Shown here in pieces: positions 60,345 to 64,000 of a stretch of 64,000 bases of DNA. How positions within the stretch are numbered: position 1 is the first letter of the stretch; every line of letters begins with the position of its first letter. The DNA comes from Methanobacteriota archaeon. GTDB taxonomy: Archaea > Thermoplasmatota > Thermoplasmata > SG8-5 > JAGLSY01. A program made the translations under genes and the position numbers. Where the stretch lies: positions 480,001 through 544,000 of the forward strand of contig JAEHCO010000001.1 of the NCBI GenBank assembly GCA_020697715.1. Direction: 5' to 3'. The notes under the pieces were generated by a model that was not told the origin of the DNA, made no database searches, and was given only the letters and a program-made list of their open reading frames with translations.

Positions 60345-63300
60345 ATGGAAGACCCCCATCCAAAACAAATACAATTGATCGGTAGAGACGATGAACTGGA
60401 TCTATTGAAAGGAAATCTTGAAGATGTAATTGGTGGAAAAGGGTCAACGATCCTCATATCTGGTGAGGCTGGTATTGGCAAAACCAGACTTGTTGATGAA
60501 TTCCTTCTTCATGCTGTGGCCGAAGATATGAAGATACTGGCGGGATCCAGCTCTTCCGACACGATACATCCCTTTCTAACATTTTCCAAAGCCCTTGAAA
60601 AGGAAATTGACGATCCCTTGCTTCAAGATCAGGAATACAATTCATTTGCCGCTATTTTTGCCATAGACACATCTGGTATTATCATTGCCCAGGCATCGTC
60701 CACTGCCAATGACCTCGATGCGGATATATTTGCAGATATGCTTTCAGCAGTTCAAGATTTTATCAAGGATTCATTCGGTATCGCCAGTAAGCAAAGATCT
60801 GGATTGGGACGATTGGAATATGGCGATATGAAGATAATGATTGAACACGGCTCTCATTTACATCTCACTGCCGTGTTCAAGGGCAATGAACACCCGGACA
60901 TGAAGACATTGCTCAAAGCTGCTGTAAATTCTATAGAAGAAGGAAACGAAGAGATCCTTGAATCATGGTCTGGAAATACAGACAAAGTGCCTTGGATCCA
61001 GGAAAAAATATCATCACTGGCTGATGTCAAATTCCTCATACGGAGAGATCTGGAAGGCGTGAAGTTAGAAAATGAGAGGATCAGAATAGCTGATGAAGTA
61101 TTAGAACTCTTAAAATCGATATCTGGCAAAAGGCCCTTAATCCTCCTGCTGGAGGATCTCCATTGGGCAGATGAATCCTCATTATTTGTATTGAATTATC
61201 TTTCCCGGAATATCAAGGCAGAAAATATCATGATCGTGGGAACTCTTCGCCCCGAGAAGACCATCAGTCTTCAAACCACTCTGGAGAAGATGAGCCAAGA
61301 AGAGAATTTCCTACTCCTGCCTCTTATTCAACTTGGAAATACGTATGTATCATCTCTCGTAGAGGCTATGTATCCAGCCAATGAATTTCCAGAGAAATTC
61401 ATCAAACATCTATCCAGTGCCTGTGATGGCAACCCTTTCTTCGTTATCGAATTGCTCAGGCAGATGAAATTAGATGGAAATATCTCCACTAATGAAGGTA
61501 GCACCATACTCATTAGTCAGGATTATTCCATACCTGGTTCGGTAGATGAGATGATCCAAAGACGCTTGGAGAACCTTGACCCCGAATCCATGGCCCTTGC
61601 AGAGTACACCTCGTGCATTGGAAGGATGTTCGAGTCCAAGGCTGCAATGTCCATAAAGATAGCTCGTGATCCGGTCCAGGCACTTCAGAGATTGCAGGAT
61701 AGCGGGATCATCATCATAAATAATGGAACATCCGAATTTTGCCACGCGATCTTTCAAGATGTGATATACAAAGGCATTGGGAATAGATGGAAATCTTCCT
61801 ATCACAAACATCTTGGAGAATATTATGAAGAAGGATATGTGAATAGGACGGAAGAGGTTTTATATGATCTCGCCAAACATTTCTCCAGATCTAATGAATA
61901 TGAAAAAGGATTTGATTATTGTTATAAAGCTGGTGAGAAGGCGGAGAATATCTTTGCTTTGGAGCAAGCCATCAGCTTTTACAAAGATTCGCTCAACTCA
62001 CTCTTGAAGATCAGATCTATCGATGACCATGAAGGAAAAAGATTGGATCTTCTGGAAAGAATGGGTGGCATCAGTGCGATATCTGGGGATTATGATGGAT
62101 CATTAAGTATTTTCAACACCGCTTTGGAGATCGTGGATGACGATCAGAATAAGGCCAGGATATTGAGGAAGATCGGAGATGTTCATGTAAACAAAGGGGA
62201 ATTTGATGAGGCCTTGAAAATACTGTCAATGGCTAAAGAAGTGGTGGAAGAAGGAACAGCAGAATATGGCCGGATATTAATCAATGAGGCCAATCCTCAT
62301 TTAAGAAAGGGTGATTTTGACAAGGCTCTCCCACAACTTTCAGAGGCCATAGAGGTCTCGGAGAAAACTGGTGTGAGTCAGAAGGATATTGGCAATGCAT
62401 TAAGAGCCATTGGGAACATTCATTGGTACAAAGGAGATTATGACAATTCTCTCAAATTTTACAATAAGAGCCTTGAGATAATGGAAAATATAGGGGACAA
62501 GTATGGCATCGGATCCACATTGAATAATATTGGTAACGTGCACCATGCTATGAGCAATATGTCCAAGGCATTGGAGTATTTTGGGAGCTGCCTTGAGATA
62601 ATGGAAAAGATCGGGGGCAAACAGGGCATTGCCGCCGCCTTGAACAATATGGGCTTAGTGTATTACGAGATGGGGGAGCAGACCAAGTCTCTGGAGTTCT
62701 ACGAGCGCAGCCTGGATATAAAAGAAAAGATAGGGGATAAGCAGGGAACCGCACTCTCATTGAGCAATATTGGCAATGTGCATAATTTCACAGGCAATTT
62801 GCAAAAGGCACTGGAATTTTATGGGAATGGCCTTGGTATTATGGAATCAATAGGTGATAAATGGGGTATCGCGCTGTCCCTGAACAATGTCGGCAATGTG
62901 TATCATTCAATGGGCGATCTGTCCAAGTCTCTGGAGCTTTATGAGCAAAGTCTGGAAATAAGGGAAAGCATAGGGGACAAACACGGCATCGCCCGAGTGC
63001 TGATCAGATTAGGTAATGTTCATCATTCAATGGGCGATCTGGCCAAAGCTCTTGAATTCTATGAACGTAGTTTGAAGATATTTTTGGAAATTGGTGATAA
63101 GATAGAATCTATCTATCCATACTGTGGTCTTGCCGAGGTGTACATAGATCTCGGCAAGGCTCAACACTCTCTTGAAAATGCAGAGAAAGCTGTTGAGAAC
63201 TCCATAGAGACCATGTCACAACGTGAAGAGGGCAAGAGCCGCCGCATCCTTGGTATGGCTCATAGGGATCTGGGGAATTACAGTAAAGCGGAAGAGGAAT

Positions 63301-63503
63301 TTGAAAAAGCTAAGAACATTATGGACGAGATAGGATACAGAAGGGAGCTGGCCAAGCTCATCTATGAATACGCCTTACTGTACAAGATAAAAGATGAGCT
63401 AGATATAGCTCGCGAGTATGTGGAGCAAGCCCTATCTATGTTCGAAGAAATGGGCATGAGATTATGGGCGGAGAAGTGCCGTAAAGTTATGATCGTCCAG
63501 TGA
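60345..63503 (+). CDS. STAND-type AAA ATPase with inserted longin/roadblock-like domain and C-terminal 40-aa TPRs
   Basis: LIGRDDEL, GEAGIGKT, LLLEDLHWAD, GNPFFV.EL. TPR repeats (NIGNV...G...KALEFYERSL.I.E.IGDK). Confidence 0.88.
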   Translation: MEDPHPKQIQLIGRDDELDLLKGNLEDVIGGKGSTILISGEAGIGKTRLVDEFLLHAVAEDMKILAGSSSSDTIHPFLTFSKALEKEIDDPLLQDQEYNSFAAIFAIDTSGIIIAQASSTANDLDADIFADMLSAVQDFIKDSFGIASKQRSGLGRLEYGDMKIMIEHGSHLHLTAVFKGNEHPDMKTLLKAAVNSIEEGNEEILESWSGNTDKVPWIQEKISSLADVKFLIRRDLEGVKLENERIRIADEVLELLKSISGKRPLILLLEDLHWADESSLFVLNYLSRNIKAENIMIVGTLRPEKTISLQTTLEKMSQEENFLLLPLIQLGNTYVSSLVEAMYPANEFPEKFIKHLSSACDGNPFFVIELLRQMKLDGNISTNEGSTILISQDYSIPGSVDEMIQRRLENLDPESMALAEYTSCIGRMFESKAAMSIKIARDPVQALQRLQDSGIIIINNGTSEFCHAIFQDVIYKGIGNRWKSSYHKHLGEYYEEGYVNRTEEVLYDLAKHFSRSNEYEKGFDYCYKAGEKAENIFALEQAISFYKDSLNSLLKIRSIDDHEGKRLDLLERMGGISAISGDYDGSLSIFNTALEIVDDDQNKARILRKIGDVHVNKGEFDEALKILSMAKEVVEEGTAEYGRILINEANPHLRKGDFDKALPQLSEAIEVSEKTGVSQKDIGNALRAIGNIHWYKGDYDNSLKFYNKSLEIMENIGDKYGIGSTLNNIGNVHHAMSNMSKALEYFGSCLEIMEKIGGKQGIAAALNNMGLVYYEMGEQTKSLEFYERSLDIKEKIGDKQGTALSLSNIGNVHNFTGNLQKALEFYGNGLGIMESIGDKWGIALSLNNVGNVYHSMGDLSKSLELYEQSLEIRESIGDKHGIARVLIRLGNVHHSMGDLAKALEFYERSLKIFLEIGDKIESIYPYCGLAEVYIDLGKAQHSLENAEKAVENSIETMSQREEGKSRRILGMAHRDLGNYSKAEEEFEKAKNIMDEIGYRRELAKLIYEYALLYKIKDELDIAREYVEQALSMFEEMGMRLWAEKCRKVMIVQ

Positions 63504-63519
63504 CGAATATCTCAGCATC

Positions 63520-64000
63520 TTATAAGAAGTCGTCCAGTGTCAGCTTCTTATCCGTCTTCTTGACCTCGACCTTTTCTTTCCTGGCTGGTGCGTCACCACC
63601 ACCATCTCCAAAGCCCCCCTCTCCGAAAAGTGTCTTCTGCTGGCTCCCGGTCATCAGGCTCTTCATGTCCCATCCGAATACCTCGGTGATACGAGAAAAT
63701 GTCATCGCCATCCTTCTTGCATAATAATCATAATCTGGTTTGTGGGTGAATTCCTTGCCATCGATGTAGGGCTCTGCCTCTATGGGTGACCTTTTTCCAT
63801 CTGTCACGACCCAGGAAACTTTCATTCCTGGAACGAACTCGAAGCCCATGGCCATCATTTTTTTGGCAGTTTGCACTGTTGTTTGAGAATCTGGATCCTT
63901 GTAAGCTCTGAATTCCTTGCAACTTCTTGATATCACAAGATCCTGAACAGGCGTCTTTTCATTGAGAGTGTCCGTGACAATGTCCCTTGCCAAGCGCACT
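63520..64000 (-). CDS. polB: Family B DNA polymerase, C-terminal part (start beyond the window)
   Basis: Thumb-region motifs DLVISRS, PGMKVSWVVT, PDYDYY; PIP-like QQKTLF and terminal KLTLDDFL. Confidence 0.75.
   Translation of the reverse strand, partial: VRLARDIVTDTLNEKTPVQDLVISRSCKEFRAYKDPDSQTTVQTAKKMMAMGFEFVPGMKVSWVVTDGKRSPIEAEPYIDGKEFTHKPDYDYYARRMAMTFSRITEVFGWDMKSLMTGSQQKTLFGEGGFGDGGGDAPARKEKVEVKKTDKKLTLDDFL

Overview
Archaeal chromosomal window, most likely from an anaerobic Thermoplasmata-lineage organism. The lineage is inferred from archaeal rps12-rps7-EF-2-EF-1a-rps10, PolD DP2, GINS, PolB and Thermoplasmata-style giant surface proteins. It holds about 45 CDS: pyrD/pyrK, cobO, a queD-queC-(GNAT)-queE preQ0 operon, nadX, class II RNR, an aquaporin, MFS transporters, TPR proteins and two ~2600-aa surface proteins. 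I saw no tRNA, rRNA, CRISPR array or transposase. Most notable observations: (1) an intact bacterial-type cyanophycin operon (cphB-cphA1) in an archaeon; (2) a 2616-aa surface protein carrying four copies of a module resembling the DUF3383 phage tail-sheath domain, inserted as two nested pairs into its beta-helix; (3) a B12 mutase with both isobutyryl-CoA-mutase signature residues; (4) a STAND ATPase with a longin/roadblock-like domain inside the NTPase; (5) an HhH-TPR-KaiC/RAD55 fusion; (6) a GC-rich, multi-hairpin REP-like or ncRNA element; (7) an unannotated 41-aa Cys peptide gene in frame with a GNAT. Family assignments come from motif recognition by eye; no database searches were run.
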